Part shown: positions 1 to 13,300 of the stretch, one piece after another
Position numbering within the stretch: position 1 is the first letter of the stretch
Layout: every line of letters starts with the position of its first letter
Assembly (NCBI GenBank): GCA_038087875.1
Contig: JAXLNO010000259.1
Coordinates: forward strand, 62,001 to 126,000
Length of the DNA stretch: 64,000 bases
Source of the DNA: Malacoraja senta
Taxonomy: Eukaryota
Direction: 5' to 3'
The notes under the pieces: generated by a model
What the model saw: the letters and a program-made list of their open reading frames with translations, nothing else
Told to the model about the DNA's origin: nothing
The model's database searches: none
Position numbers and translations under genes: made by a program

Positions 1-639
1 CCCGACTCTGACGGTGAGGCTGTACAAGGCGATGAAAGGCAGCTGCCAGATGTTCCACCCCTGGTAGTAGGATTCGCTGCCCCGTCAGGGTCAGGAGAGC
101 CATTAGGAAGAACTGGCCTCCTTAATAAATTACTTGGTTTACCATTAGCTGGAACAGCATGAAATGGATGAGACTGCAAGAGTATCTGGAATCAGTTGCA
201 GAGAATATTAAAGCTGCTGGGTTCTGGAATAACTGCTTTTACCAGAATAGCAGGTAACAACCAAAAGATGACGAAGTTGCATCAGCAAGCACTGTGGTTG
301 CTATGCAGCACCCACTTCGAGAAGCGCTATACGGTCTACTATGAATCCGAAATTCGCAGCACTCTGCAAACCAAGTAATATACAAATTACCCAACTTACT
401 CTTTGGAGAGATCTCGGGAGACGTATTAAAGAGTTGGAAGATGAAGCGAAAACAGGATTGATGAAGACATCAATGGTTGTGAAGTCTGTAAAGAGGAAGT
501 ATCCTTTCAGACGTCATACGGATCCTGGACCAAGTCGCTCATCAACGCAGGGACGTAGTTGGCGGCCTGCAGCGGGAGCAAGAACCAGTGGGCCTGCTTC
601 CGGGAGAACCCAGGAATCTCAGGGTACTCAAATGATTCA

Positions 640-2150
640 AGAGGTAGGTGGACCTGGTTCTCATGGGAACATACTAACTGGATTAAGTCCAAAAGTTGGA
701 GGCAGGTTACATTTCTTCTATAATAATTGGAAGAAAATTACTTCAGATGTGGTAATCCTGAATAATATACAAGGATTTCGAATTGAATTCAATCCAAATT
801 ATGATTTGCCTGTTCAGCATGTTCCTAGCCGAACTCTGCACTTTGTACAAAAAGAAGTGATGGAGGTTCAGGTTGCAATTGAAACCCTATATAAAAAAGG
901 GGTATTGAAAAATCAGTCTACCAAAGTCACCAATTTGTGTCAAATATATTCCCTCGATCAAAAAAGGATGGAGGATGTAGGATTCTTGTAGATTTGATAA
1001 ATCTGAATCCTTTTGTGCAATTTAGACATTTTAAAATGGAAACATTTGTGACTGCCAAACAGCTTATTTCAGAAGCATGTTATATGGCAACTATAGACTT
1101 GAAAGATGCATATTATTCAGTGTCTGTTCATTCAGAAGATAGGAAGTATCTTAAATTTAAATGGATGAACCAGTTGTGGCAGTTCAAAGCTCTGCCTAAT
1201 GGGTTAATATCTGCACCCAGAATATTCACAAACTTGTTAAAACCAATTCTGGGCTTGCTGAGTAGCCAGGGGCATGTACTAATGGCATATTTGGATGATG
1301 TCTTGTTTATAGGAAAGACAAAACAGTCAACAGAAGTATCTGTTGCAATTGTGAAATCAACTTTTGAAAATTTGGGGTTTCTAATTCATCCACAGAAATC
1401 TAGGTTAACACCATGTACCTCTATTAATTATTTGGGGTTCACAATTGATTCAGTCCAAATGAATATTACATTGCCCAGGGAAAAGGGTGGATTTGATTAA
1501 AGATTGCAGTAATCTCCTAAACGAGCAAAAACCTTCAATTAGACAGGTGGCTCGTGTACTGGGAAAATTAGTAGCAGCATTCCCAGCAGTCCAATTCGGA
1601 CCATTACATTATCAACAGCTGCAGAGACTTAAAGAACAGGCACCGAGAATGCATGTTGGTTATTTTGATAGAACCATGCAACTAACAACAAATGCTGTTT
1701 CTGATCTGCAGTGGTGGATTCTACATGTCTCAAGCAGTTCCAGCAAAGTGCTGATTGAACAACCTTCCATGATATTACAAACTGATGTCAGTGCACCAGG
1801 ATGGGGTGCAACTGACTTAACATCTATCTGAGGAGGCAGATGGAATCAGGAAGAGTCATTGTTACTGTAGACATGGGGAATTAACTATTTGGAGCTTCTA
1901 GGATGTTTCTATGGGCTCCAAGCTTATTGTTCTAACACAACTAATAAGCATGTTCAAGTTCAAATTGATAACACAACAGTAGTTGTTTATATTAATGATA
2001 TGGAATTAAGTCGGTGTCTTGTGACAAAATGGTTAATCAACTTTGGGCTTGGTGTATTGAAAAGAATATTTGGATTTCAGCTATCTATCTACTAGGTAGA
2101 ATGAACGATAGCTGACACCAGGTCACGAAAAGTTCCATGATAATAAAGAA
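640..2150 (+). pseudogene. DIRS reverse transcriptase plus RNase H (frameshifted)
   Basis: ORF fragments 341-991 (VGGRLHFFYNNWKKIT), 937-1500 (FRHFKMET, IDLKDAYY, YLDD), 1487-1831 and 1889-2095. Confidence 0.9.
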
Positions 2151-2153
2151 TGG

Positions 2154-2500
2154 ATGTTGAATCAAGAGGTATTCAATGATATAGTCGTCAGATTTGGAAT
2201 GACCGACATCGACTTGAATCATCAGCTATCGAGATATGTCTCATGGAAACCAGATCCAGGAGCAGTGGCGATTGATGCTTTCTCGCTACATTGGGGTGGT
2301 ATGTTTTCATATATATATTTCCACCTTTGTGCCTCATAAGCCAATGTTTGCTTAAAATCAGGCAAGATGCTGCTTCAAGGGTATTGGTAGTACCAGATTG
2401 GCCTACACAGCCATGGTATCCGTTGATATTAGAATTAACAACACAAATGTTGATGAAAGTCCCAATAAAGAGTAATTTATTGCTGCACCCTGTACAGGGG
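2154..2500 (+). pseudogene. DIRS Dam-like (N6-adenine) methyltransferase domain remnant
   Basis: DIDL..NHQLSRYVSWKPDPGAVAIDAFSLHW followed by YIFPP..LLKIRQD..VLVVPDWPTQPWYP, located between RNase H and the recombinase as in DIRS1-like elements. Confidence 0.8.
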
Positions 2501-2549
2501 AACAACATCCATTATATGATCGTTTGGATTGTTGATTTGCAGGTTTTAA

Positions 2550-3529
2550 GAATGCCTCTTCTGGGACGAGGACTGTCTGAGCATATTGTGGACATGCTTA
2601 CGGCAGCCTGGAGGAAGAGCACTCAAAAACAGTACCTTTCTTATATTAAGAAATGGGAAGAGTTCTGGGTACAAAAGAATGTGCAATAAAGTACTGCAGA
2701 TATTTCAAATGTTTAGAATTTCTGTGAAAATTTTATGATGATGAAGGTCTGAGTTGTAGTGCAATTAATTCAGCCAGAAGTGCATTGTCCTCATATTTGG
2801 TTCTGGATTCAGAAAGAAACTCAATTGGGTCACACCCAATTGTTTCCAGACTAATGAAAGGAATCTTTAATTCCAAACCACCGAAACCTAGGTACGTGAC
2901 AATCTGGGATGTAAGTGTGGTACTGAAACTACTTCGTGATGGTCATCAAGTGTGTCTTTACCTTTGGTCAAGCTCAGTATGAAAGTATTCATGTTTATGG
3001 CATGAGTGACAGCACAACGAGTGCAAACACTTGGAAAATTACAAATAGACAGTATGGAAGTAACTGAAGACAAGGTTACATTCTATATCTATGACCTACT
3101 AAAGCAAATTAGGCCAGGTGTGACAGGATTTAAAATTATGCTGGCAGCATATCCAAATGATCCATGTCTCTGTATTAAGACATATTTATTACAATACATT
3201 GAGGTCACAAAGAATTTGAGAATACGGAAACTGGGTTTTTGATCACACACAAGAAACCACACAAGAGAGTTTCAATACAGACTATTTCCAGATGGATAAA
3301 AGAAGTCTTAACAGCTGCTGGTATTAACACTTATGTTTTTACGTCTCACTCGACTAGGGCAGCTGAAATGTCGGCGGCCAGGGCAAAAGACGGCCCCGTC
3401 GACCATATCCTCGCAGCCGCCGGGTGGTCCAATGAGTTGATGTTTCAACATTTTTACCATCGGCCTATTGTTAATGCGGGGTTGTTTGCAGAAACTATTT
3501 TAAGTTCTGTGTTAATTCCTCTGGTTTAA
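2550..3529 (+). pseudogene. DIRS tyrosine recombinase (interrupted)
   Basis: Fragments AWRKSTQKQY, HPIVSRLMKGIFNSKPPKPRY..WDV, TAQRVQTL, SIQTISRWIKEVL..FTSHSTRAA..AAGWSNELMFQHFY. Confidence 0.88.
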
Positions 3530-3681
3530 AGGGGATCTGATTCATTTCATTCTTGAAATGAATTACTGCATTTGTGGTACAAATGTTATTATGAATGCAT
3601 GATTGATTATTCTCGTTCCGAGTCAATCTATGCAGTGAGAAGCCGGGATTGATCCACGGCATGAAATCACAAAGCTTTAAA

Positions 3682-4028
3682 ATCTTCACGTAGTCACTCA
3701 CGTGACTCCGAAGTAAAATAGTAAGATTAAACGAGAACTTACCTAAGTTTGAAGTTTGATCTTTATTTTATGAGGAGTTACGTAGGTGATTACGTGCCCA
3801 CCACGACCCTACCCTCTATCATAAAGGTCAGATGGAAGTTCTTGTCTTACTCGTTTTAGTATGAGACTATATTACTTCGGTTGTTGTTTTTTGTGATTTC
3901 ACACCGCTGCTTTGAAGATTGACGCGCAGGCGCACTGGCGGGGTTCTTCACGTAATCACCTACGTAACTCCTCATAAAATAAAGATCAAACTTCAAACTT
4001 AGGTAAGTTCTCGTTTAATCTTACTATT
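3682..4028. repeat. DIRS internal complementary region (ICR) and right terminal repeat; perfect 80-bp inverted repeat
   Basis: 3717-3796 is the exact reverse complement of 3949-4028. 3682-3715 (TCTTCACGTAGTCACTCACGTGACTCCGAAGTA) is an imperfect direct copy of the ITR end at ~3945-3971. Confidence 0.9.
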
Positions 4029-7000
4029 CTGCTAATGTTTCAGGTAATTTATTTTCTTTAAAAACGTGAGTATATAAATTAAATAGATAGGGGGTCGTTA
4101 TCTCATGAAACTTTTAATAAAATTCATTACTAAAACCATCTGGTCCCGGTGTCTTACCATTTTTCAGCAATTTTATTGTTTCACCTATTTCTTCGATTGT
4201 AATTTGCGCTCCTAGTTCTTCTTGTTCCAAAAGGTCAAGTTTTGGTAGATTACATTTATCTAAAAAGTTTGTAATTTTACTATCTTCTATTTTGGTTTTT
4301 GATGTGTATAAATGTTGATAAAATTGAACAAATCTTTTATTGATATCTTTAGGTAGTGTTAGTAATTCACCATTCTCGGATTTAATTTTAATTATAGTAT
4401 TTTCCTTTTCCTGTTTTTTCAATTGACGCGCCAACAGCTTATGTGGTTTATCACCAAACTCAAAATGTTCCTGTTTTGTAATTTGGAATAATCTTATTAC
4501 TCTTGCCGAGAGAATTCGGTTAAGTTTAAATTTCAGTAGTATTATCCTATTATGTTAATCTATAGTGGGATCTTTAGCATTATCTAACTCTAACTGTCTT
4601 ATTTCTTGTTCTAACAGCATCTGTTCCGTTTTATTCTTCTTATTTTGAAAAATTTCATATGAAATTATAATTCCTCTAATAAATGCTTTAAAAGTTTCCC
4701 ATATTAAAGAAAGTGAGGTACCTGGTGTATCATTTATCTCAAAAAATGATATCATTTGTTGTTTCAAATATTGATATCCCTGTAAGTCATTTAATATATA
4801 TGTGTTAAACCTCCCAAAAAAATTCTTTCCCGGCATTCCTTCACATTTTACTAAAAAGTCAATGGAGAGTGATCAGAAATACTACTAATATGGTAAGTTT
4901 GGTTAATTATATATGGCATTAATTTCCTATCCACTAAAAAATAATCAATTCTTGAGTATGTTTTATGTACCGAAGAGTAAAACGAGTATTCCCTTCCTGC
5001 TGGGTTAGCAGATCTCCATACATCTGTTATGTTAGTATTATTTATATATGTATTTAGAAATTCACTAGTCTTAGATTTTGTATTACTCCTTCTTTGTTTT
5101 GCTGATTTGTCTAAGTAAGGATCTAAAACACAGTTGAAATCCCCTCCTATTATGACATTTTGATAATTAAACTCCAGTATTATATCTATAATTTTCTCAA
5201 AAAATTGAGGGTTATCAAAATTCGGAGCGTAAATATTTACCATAGTTATTGGGGTAGCATAAATTTCTCCCGAAACTATGCTCTCCCGAAACTTCCCTCT
5301 TTATCTGATATAGTATTCTTTAATTTGAACGGTATACCTTTTCGAATAAGAATAGCCGTACCTCGAGATTTAGAAGTAAATGACAAATAATATGTTTGGC
5401 CTATCCACTTCGCCTTTTAATCTCATTTGTGTTTCCTGTTTCATGTGAGTTTCTTGCAAGTAGATTATGTCGCTTTTCAAAGATTTTAGGTGAGCAAAAA
5501 TGTTACCCCTCTTTATTGGTTCATTGGCACCCCTTATATTACAACTACAGAATGTGATTCCTCCATTCTTTATTTGCCTATCGTCTTGCATTGTATATCA
5601 AAGTGATGTTCTTGAAACATATGGTGCAAACAAATACCTCCGTGTTCTGGACGTTGGGTGGTCATTCCAAATGTTTAAGTTTACATTACATCTCCATCTC
5701 CAAAAGTGACTTAAATAAAGCAAGACAAGTTGTGATTTACAATTAATTAAATGATTTGAAAAAAGAAGTGAAATTAAGGTATCTAAAAGCTGGTACCTTA
5801 ACGACAAATAGCCACCTAAGGTGGCGTAAGAATTATAGACTTCCGTTGATGTTATTTTACAGTGAGCCCCAATCCCTTATTAACACCTCGTAAAAAAAAA
5901 ACCTACAAACCGTCTCATATCTTGTTTATTCTTGTATAACTTTATCAAACTAGCGTTAGTAAAATGCCCCCCAAAACAATAATTTAAAAAAAAACTTTAG
6001 TAATAATAATAATAATAACAAAAATATGCAAAGACAAAATATTAAAGAGTTAAAAAGAAAAGAAAAAATTAATGTAATTAAACCCCAAATCCAAATATAA
6101 ACCACAACCTATTCTCATTTCTATAAGTATTTGTACTGTACCAATTTATCTAGCCGGCTACCCTACAAGCAGGTACCGAGGGGTTAACCTCATTCCTGGA
6201 TTTCTTCCAAGTTTATGTTGCGTTCCCACTCAAAAAGAAAGAAAAGAAATGTTAGTAATGTTATAGACATTTTGGTTAATTACAATTTATAAGCAATGGT
6301 TTATTCATGATTATTCCTATTTATTGCACACACTCACAAGTCATTAGTTTTGTTAAAGTTAGTTAGTTAATTATAATTAGCATATAATAGTTAAATAGCC
6401 ATGTTATCTCGTTCTTTGTACGAGAGCTTTTCATTCAAGGTTAAACAATATTCTCCCATACATTCCAGACAGATAAGCTCAGTAGCTGTCTGAGAAATCC
6501 GCCAGTTCCAGCTCCATCTTAGAAATTAAAATGTTCCTTGTTCATTCTTTAGTCGTCTTCTTCAGATGTTTCCGATGCTTTCCTCATGATATCTTCTGCA
6601 TATTTAAATGCTTTGTCTGGGTCCGTAAATGAGCGCTCAAATTCCTTATAAGTAATTTTCATTTTTGCAGGAAAAACAATACCATATCTGACTTTAGATA
6701 TAACCCTCAATATGTTTCTTGTCGGTGTAAACAGGTTCATTCTCTGGACAATCTCTGGAGGATAATCACGGAAAAATCGGATCTTTTCCCCACGATATAT
6801 CAAATTTTCACCGTGAACAATCTTCTTCAGTATAGTTTCCACTGAAGAAATATCAATAAATTTCACAATTATCTGTCTTGGAGCAGCATTTATGCCTCTT
6901 GAGACACGTCCAACTCGTTGAACAGTATCTATTCTTAGTTCTCCCGGCAGTTTAAGAACCTCTTTGAGTAATTCAGTAACGAAAGTACGTGTTTGAGGTA

Positions 7001-7729
7001 CATGTTCTTCTCGTCCTTCTTTTACTCCAACGATTATCAAATTGTGCCTTCTCGCTCTCGCTTCCAAGTCCAAACATTTGTCAATCATTCTTGCCAGCTT
7101 TTCTGCTTCATCTTTCTTTGATTTTTTTCAGACTGTTTATTTCCATGATCATCTCTTTCATATCACTTTACATCTCTTCCATTCTCTCGTCAATGTTGTC
7201 CATCTTAGCATTTACACCAGAAAGCTTTCTTATTATAATCCTTTTCGACTCTAACAATTTCTGAGTTAAGTTTTTTTATCAAACTCATTATGTTGCTTCT
7301 TCAGCTCCTTTAACTCATCACAGGCACCATCAATTTTATGAGAAAATATTTCCATATTATTCTCCATACTCTTAATTGTAGTAGGAATTTCTACAAACAT
7401 TTCTTTTAACCTCCAGCTCTTTCTTTCCTCCTTTTGTAGCCATTTCCAGCACAACTCCTTGGCTATCGGGCTCCTCTCAGAACCTTCTTCAGTTGTTTGC
7501 AGAGTATCCAACACACTTTTCAGCTGGAGGCTTATAGTGTTTTTTTTTTGGTGTGCGTGAACAAGTCCTCTTGCTCATTTAAAAGTCCGTTGTCTAATGA
7601 TGTTTTCCTTATGCAAAGCAAGCAGCTCCGTTGAGTTATTTTTAACTTTAAAACGGCTTTTTGATAATTTTTACGGGAGTAAAGCTCACTGCAGCGTCCT
7701 CAATGTTCCATGACGCTACCGGAAGTCCC
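4029..7729 (-). mobile_element. L1-clade LINE: 5' UTR, ORF1 and the N-terminal part of ORF2; cut by the DIRS at 4028/4029
   Basis: 5' start GGGACTTCCGG at 7729. ORF1 pieces 7514-6549 (LDLEARARRHNLIIVGVKEG). APE endonuclease (CNIRG..IYLQETH, NIYAPN, GGDFN, SRIDYF, SDHSP) and KTPGPDGFSNEFY. Confidence 0.9.
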
Positions 7730-7969
7730 GTCGATACAAAATAAAAGAGTTATTAGTGTTTTTAAAATATTGAGATTCTCTCTCCTGTCAATCACCGTCA
7801 TGAAGGCTACGCCCATCCGAGGGGTGTGAGGAGGAGCTATAAAACCCGAATTCTGGACGTGGCTCTGTAGCTGCAAGATGGCGATCGAAAAGTCATGAAT
7901 CTCAGTCTGAGCTGGAAATCTACAGAACACTTACTGTCTACTGACCTGTGAGCGCACTTTATGTGCTTG

Positions 7970-9556
7970 TAAACTGTGCCTTTTGCAACGTTGGCTGTTG
8001 AAATGTGCTAAAGAAAATGTGTGGCTATTGAAAATGTGTAGCTATTGAAAATGTATGGCTATTGAAAATATGTGGCTATTGAAAATGTGTGGCTATTTAA
8101 AATGCGTGGCTATTGAAATGTGTGGCTATTGAAATGTGCCTTTTGCAAACTGTGCCCTTTTGCAACTGTGCCTTTGCAACTATGTCTTTTGCAACTGTGC
8201 CTTTTGCAATTGTGACTTTTGCAACTGTGCCTTTTGCAACTGTGCGTTTTGCAACTGTGCCTATTGAAATGTGTGCCTATTGAAATGTGTGCATATTGAA
8301 ATGTGCGGCTATTGAAACTGTGTGGCTATTGATAATGTGTGGCTATTGGAAATGTGTGGTTATGAAAATATGCTGCTATTGAAAATGTGTGGCCTATTGA
8401 AAACGATTGGCTATCAAAAATGTGTGGCTATTGCAAATGTGCGGCTATTTGAAATGTGTGGCTATACGAAATACGTGGCTATATGAAATGTGTGGCTATC
8501 AATTGTGTGGCTATTTAAAATGTGTGGCTCTTTGAAATGTGTGGCTATTTGAAATGTGCGGCTAATTGAAATGGGCGGCTATTTGAAATGTGTGGCTATT
8601 TGAAATGTGTGGATATTGAAATGTGTGGTTATTGAAATGTGTGGCTATTGAAATGTGGCTATTGAAACGTGTGTCTGTTCAAATGTGTGGCTATTGAAAT
8701 GTGTGGATATTGAAATATATTTGAAATGTGTGGCTATTGAAGTGTGGCTATTGAAATGTTCCCTTTGCAACTGTGCCTTTTGCACCTCTGCCGTTTGCAA
8801 CGTTGCCTTTGGCAACTGTGCCTTTAGAAAATGTGCCTTTTAAAAATGTGTGCCTATTGAAAATGTATGGCTATTGAAAATGTGTTGCTATTGGAAATGT
8901 GTGGCTATTGAGAATGTGTGCTATTGAAAATGTTTGGCTATTGAAAATGTGTTACTATTGAAAATGAGTGACCATTAAAAATGATTGCCTATCGAAAATG
9001 TGTGGCTATTGGAAATGTGTTTGCTATTTGGAATGTGTGGCTATATGAAATGTGCGGCTATTTGAAATGTGTGGCTACTTGAAATGTGTGGCTATCGAGG
9101 TGTGGTTATTGAAATGTGTGGCTATTGAAATGCGGGGCTATTGAAATGGCGGCTATTGAAATGTGTGGCTATTGAAACGTGTGTCTGTTGAAATGTGTGG
9201 CTGTTGAAATGTTGTGGCTATTAAAATTGTGGCTATTGAGATGTGTGGCTATTGAAATGTGTGGCTATTCAAATGTGCGGTTATTTAAATATGTGGATAT
9301 TGAAAAGTGTGGCTATTTGAAACTTGTTGCTATTGAAGTATGGCTATTGAAATGTGCCCTTTGCAACTGTGCCTTTTGCAACTGTGCCTTTTGCAACTGT
9401 GCCTTTTGCAAATGTGCCTTTTGCAACTGTGCCTTTTGCAACTGTGCCTTTAGAAAATGTGCCATTTGAAATGTGCGCCTATTGAAATGTGTGGCTAAAA
9501 AAATGTGTGGCTATTGAAATGTGTGCCTTTTGCAACTCAGCCTTTTGCAACTGTGT
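7970..9556. repeat. Composite minisatellite of ~16-17-bp GAAA(A)TGTGTGGCTATT and 15-bp GCAACTGTGCCTTTT units
   Basis: Alternating blocks of the two related monomers are visible directly. Confidence 0.95.
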
Positions 9557-9799
9557 TTGGAAGGAATACACGGTTTATTGCGTCCGACCGTGTTTACTGC
9601 AAAAGTCCCGCTCATTTCGTGATTTCCGCTTATTCGACAGGTCTAGACGATTGCGTCATTTCCGGTGGGTGCAGAGGTCGTGATGAACACGGAACTGTTG
9701 CTGACTGCGGAAGGTCCACAATGGAGACGAAGCGCTCAGCCGTTTGCGTATTCAAAAAAGTTTACTGCCATATGCATGGTATGTCTATGAGTGTGCCAT

Positions 9800-10318
9800 T
9801 GTGTGTGTGGGAGTATATATGTGTGTGTAGGTCTGTGTGTGTGTGTCTGTCTGTGTGTGTGTGTATGTCTGTGTGTGTGTGTATGTGCGTGTGTCTGTGT
9901 TTGTGTGCGTGTCTGTGCGTGTGTCTGTCTGTGCATGTGTCTGTCTGTGTGTGTGCCTGTGCGCGTGTCTGTCTGTGTGTGTGTCTGTCTGTTCGTGTGT
10001 CTGTCTGTGTGTGTATCTGTCTGTTCGTGTGTCTGTCTGTGCGAGCGTACGTCTGTGTGTGTGTGTGAATGTATGTGTGTGTCTGTGTGTGTCTGTCTGT
10101 GCGTGTGTCTGTCTGTGCATGTGTCTGTCTGTGTGTGTGTCTGTGCGTGTGTCTGTCTGTGCGTGTGTCTGTTTGTGCGCGTGTCTGGCTGTACATGTGT
10201 CTGTGTATGTGTCTGTCTGTCTGTGTGTGTCTGTCTGTGTGAATGTCTGTGTCTATGTGTGTGTCTGTCTGTGTGTGTGACTGGCTGAGCGTGTGTCTGT
10301 CTTTATGTGTGTCTGTCT
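9800..10318. repeat. Degenerate (GT)n/(GTCT)n microsatellite
   Basis: Direct inspection; resumes at 13442. Confidence 0.95.
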
Positions 10319-13300
10319 GACTTCCGGTGGCGCCATGTTGGACTAACAGACGTGCACCTAGCTCCTCTCCCGAAAATTTCACGATTTATCGTGTAAAACG
10401 GGTCCAGAAATCTGGACTGTTTTAAAAAACCTTACCGGAGCTTCTGGTCGCCGCGCTGATGACGTCATCATTAAGCGCGATGTTTTAAACGGTGGTTTGA
10501 AGCCCTTTAAATGAGTAACCTGCCTCCAGCTGTGAGCCCTCAGAGAACAGTGAAAATGCTGCTGAGAGACCAGAAGAATCCTGAAGCAGAAGTTACCTCT
10601 GAAGTCTCTGAAGTCTCTGAAGTGGCTGCAGAAATGGATACAAGATCTAAGAAAGAGTTTGATGACTGGAAGAAATCAGTGAAAAATATGAAAGATGAGA
10701 TTTTGGACGAAAATAAAATTATGATGGAAAATATGAAGGAAAATATGAAGGAAGATAAGAAGGAAATAAAGGAAAATATGGCAAAAATGATGGAAGGAAT
10801 GGAGAAGATGATGAGGGATTTAAATGCTGGTAATCAGAAGAATATGATTGATTCACTGGACATTATGAATAAACGAATTGATGCGGTGAAAGATGGACTA
10901 TCAGAGAGAATGGACAAGATGGATGTAACTACTACGGACAAGTTCACGGCTGTGCTTGAAACAGTAGCTGCAAGTATGCGCACAATTACGGAATTGGAGA
11001 AAAACACGGCTCGAGTGGTTGAAGACATGGCGAAAATGAGGCAAGAACATGAGCAAATGAGGCGAGAAAATGAACTAACTTCACTACAGATGGTGACTCA
11101 ATTGGAGAAAGTCTCAGTCAAATGCCTGGACCTGGAAGCTCGCTCTAGACGCCAGAATTTGAGAATTCTTGGAGTTTCAGAGGGAGCCGAAGGGGAGGAT
11201 GTACGTGAGTTTGCCATGGGCTTGTTTAAACAACTGCTGAATCTTTCCAAAGAACCGAAAATCGAAGTGGCTCATCGTGTCCCAAGATTTAAACAAAAAT
11301 CTGGTGCGGGAAAAACTTATCCACGACATGTTATTGTGAAATTTCGGGATATTTTAGAACTGGAAGATATTATGAGCAAAATCAAATACGGTGTGCAACT
11401 GCGGCTGGACAATGACACTATTAAGATATTCAGGGACTACCCGTATGAAATTGTGCAAAAAGGAAACAAATTCGAGAAGGTTAAGGATCTTTTAAGAGGG
11501 AGAGAAGGGATCAGATATGGGATTTTTTATCCAGCGAAAATGCGTATTTCCTTTAAGGGTCTTGAAAAGTCATTTGTTAAGCCTGAAGACGCGTTTAAAT
11601 ATGCCCAAACTATCGTTGAAAAATAGAAATGAAAGGGAGGTTTGGCAGACCTGAACCATTCTAAGCAATGCTTTGTCTGGGGATAGTTAGACTGTTATCT
11701 TTGGAATGTTGAATCAAGGACACTTTCTGTTCAAAACGAGTAAACAGCTGAACAGATGGGAAGGGTATATACCAGAAAGCATATACTTGCTTATTAGATT
11801 ATAATATTATAACCAATTGTAAGAACTTAACCTATTAACAACTTAATAAGTTATGCATGTTAGATTAGAATACTAACAAAAACAAAAATAAAAATAACGA
11901 ACTAACATACCTATATGAATTTTTAATAAATTGAAACCTTATCTATAAGTGGGAGGAGGGGATGAGAAACGAGCACCTGGCTTAGGCCTAGGAGCACGTC
12001 TCGTTAACCCCTTCAACCAACAGTTGATTCTTATTGAAGTCAAAAGTATCGGTTTAATAATTAGTAGTTAAAATTCCGATATATATGTTATAATGAAATA
12101 TACAGGGTAAAATTGTATTTGTGTAACAACGCAAGGGAAGTCAAAACAAGTTTTTTTCCCACCTACAGGTGGGACACTCGCTACAGTGCCGACTATATTA
12201 GACACTGTATTTTCACTTTTTTAGGGTTTTTTTATCACATAAAATCACTTGTTTGTGTTTTGTGTTTAGTGATAAGCGTAAAATGGACATACCAGCAATA
12301 CTTAAAAACTCAAAAGCTCCCCCAATACACAAAGACCTGTGATATGGATGCACCACAAGATTTAAAGGTACTATAATTATTCAAAATGCATGACTCCACA
12401 CATAAGAACCTAGGAGGAATCTCATTTTGTAGTCGGAATATAAGAGGTATTAACGAACCTATTAAAAGGGGTAAGATACTAGCTCACCTGAAACTGTACA
12501 ACTCCGACATTACCTTCCTACAAGAAACACACCTAAAATCTCAGCATCAAGTTAGGTTGAGGGCGAAATGGATAGGTCAAACATACCATTCTTCATTTAC
12601 TTCAAAATCTAGAGGCACGTCAATCATCATAAGAAAAGGTATACCATTTAAAGCAAAGAATATCATAACAGATATAGAAGGGAGATACCTAATAATTAAT
12701 GGAGAAATCCATGACACTCCACTTACTTTGGTAAATATATATGCCCCTAACTTTGATAACCCCCACTTTTTCAATAAAATTTTCAACATAATTGCAGAGT
12801 CAAACTATCAAAATGTTATAATAGGAGGAGACTTTAACTGTGTTTTAGATCCGTACTTAGATAAATCAAGTCAAAAACAGAGAGGGAATATGAAATCGAA
12901 AACCGAGGAACTCCTCAATACCTATATAAACAACACTAATATAGCAGATGTTTGGAGAATTGTTAATCCAACTGGCAGGTAATACTCGTTTAATTCAATG
13001 GTACATAAGACATACTCACGTATAGACTACTCTCTGCTGGATGCAAAATTAATCCCCCAAACATCTAATGCAATATACCACACAAATTCGATTTCAGACC
13101 ATTCTCCACTAACTTTCTTTTTAAAACTGGAAGGATTGTCTAAGAATAAATCGTTTTGGAGATTTAATTCTCAAATTCAAAAGATCCACAAGCGAGTATA
13201 TATTTAAAAGAACAAATGGAGGTCTTTTTTCAAATAAATGATACTCCAGATATATCGCCTACTGTATTATGGGAATATTTTAAAGCATACATTAGGGGTA

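Larger units (their letters stand above)
1..4028 (+). mobile_element. DIRS1-type tyrosine-recombinase retrotransposon; 5' end outside the window, coding regions decayed
   Basis: Domain order is gag-like remnant (~1-560), RT (IDLKDAY..LPNGL..AYLDD), RNase H (LQTDVS..GWGA..IDNTTVV), Dam-like methyltransferase, then tyrosine recombinase (HSTRAA..AAGWS..FYHRP). It ends in an ICR/right-ITR structure. Many stops and frameshifts. Confidence 0.93.

Noticed and set aside
8655..9556. Cys-rich ORFs (CAFCNCAFCN)
   Set aside because: Translation of the 15-17-bp satellite; no gene structure.
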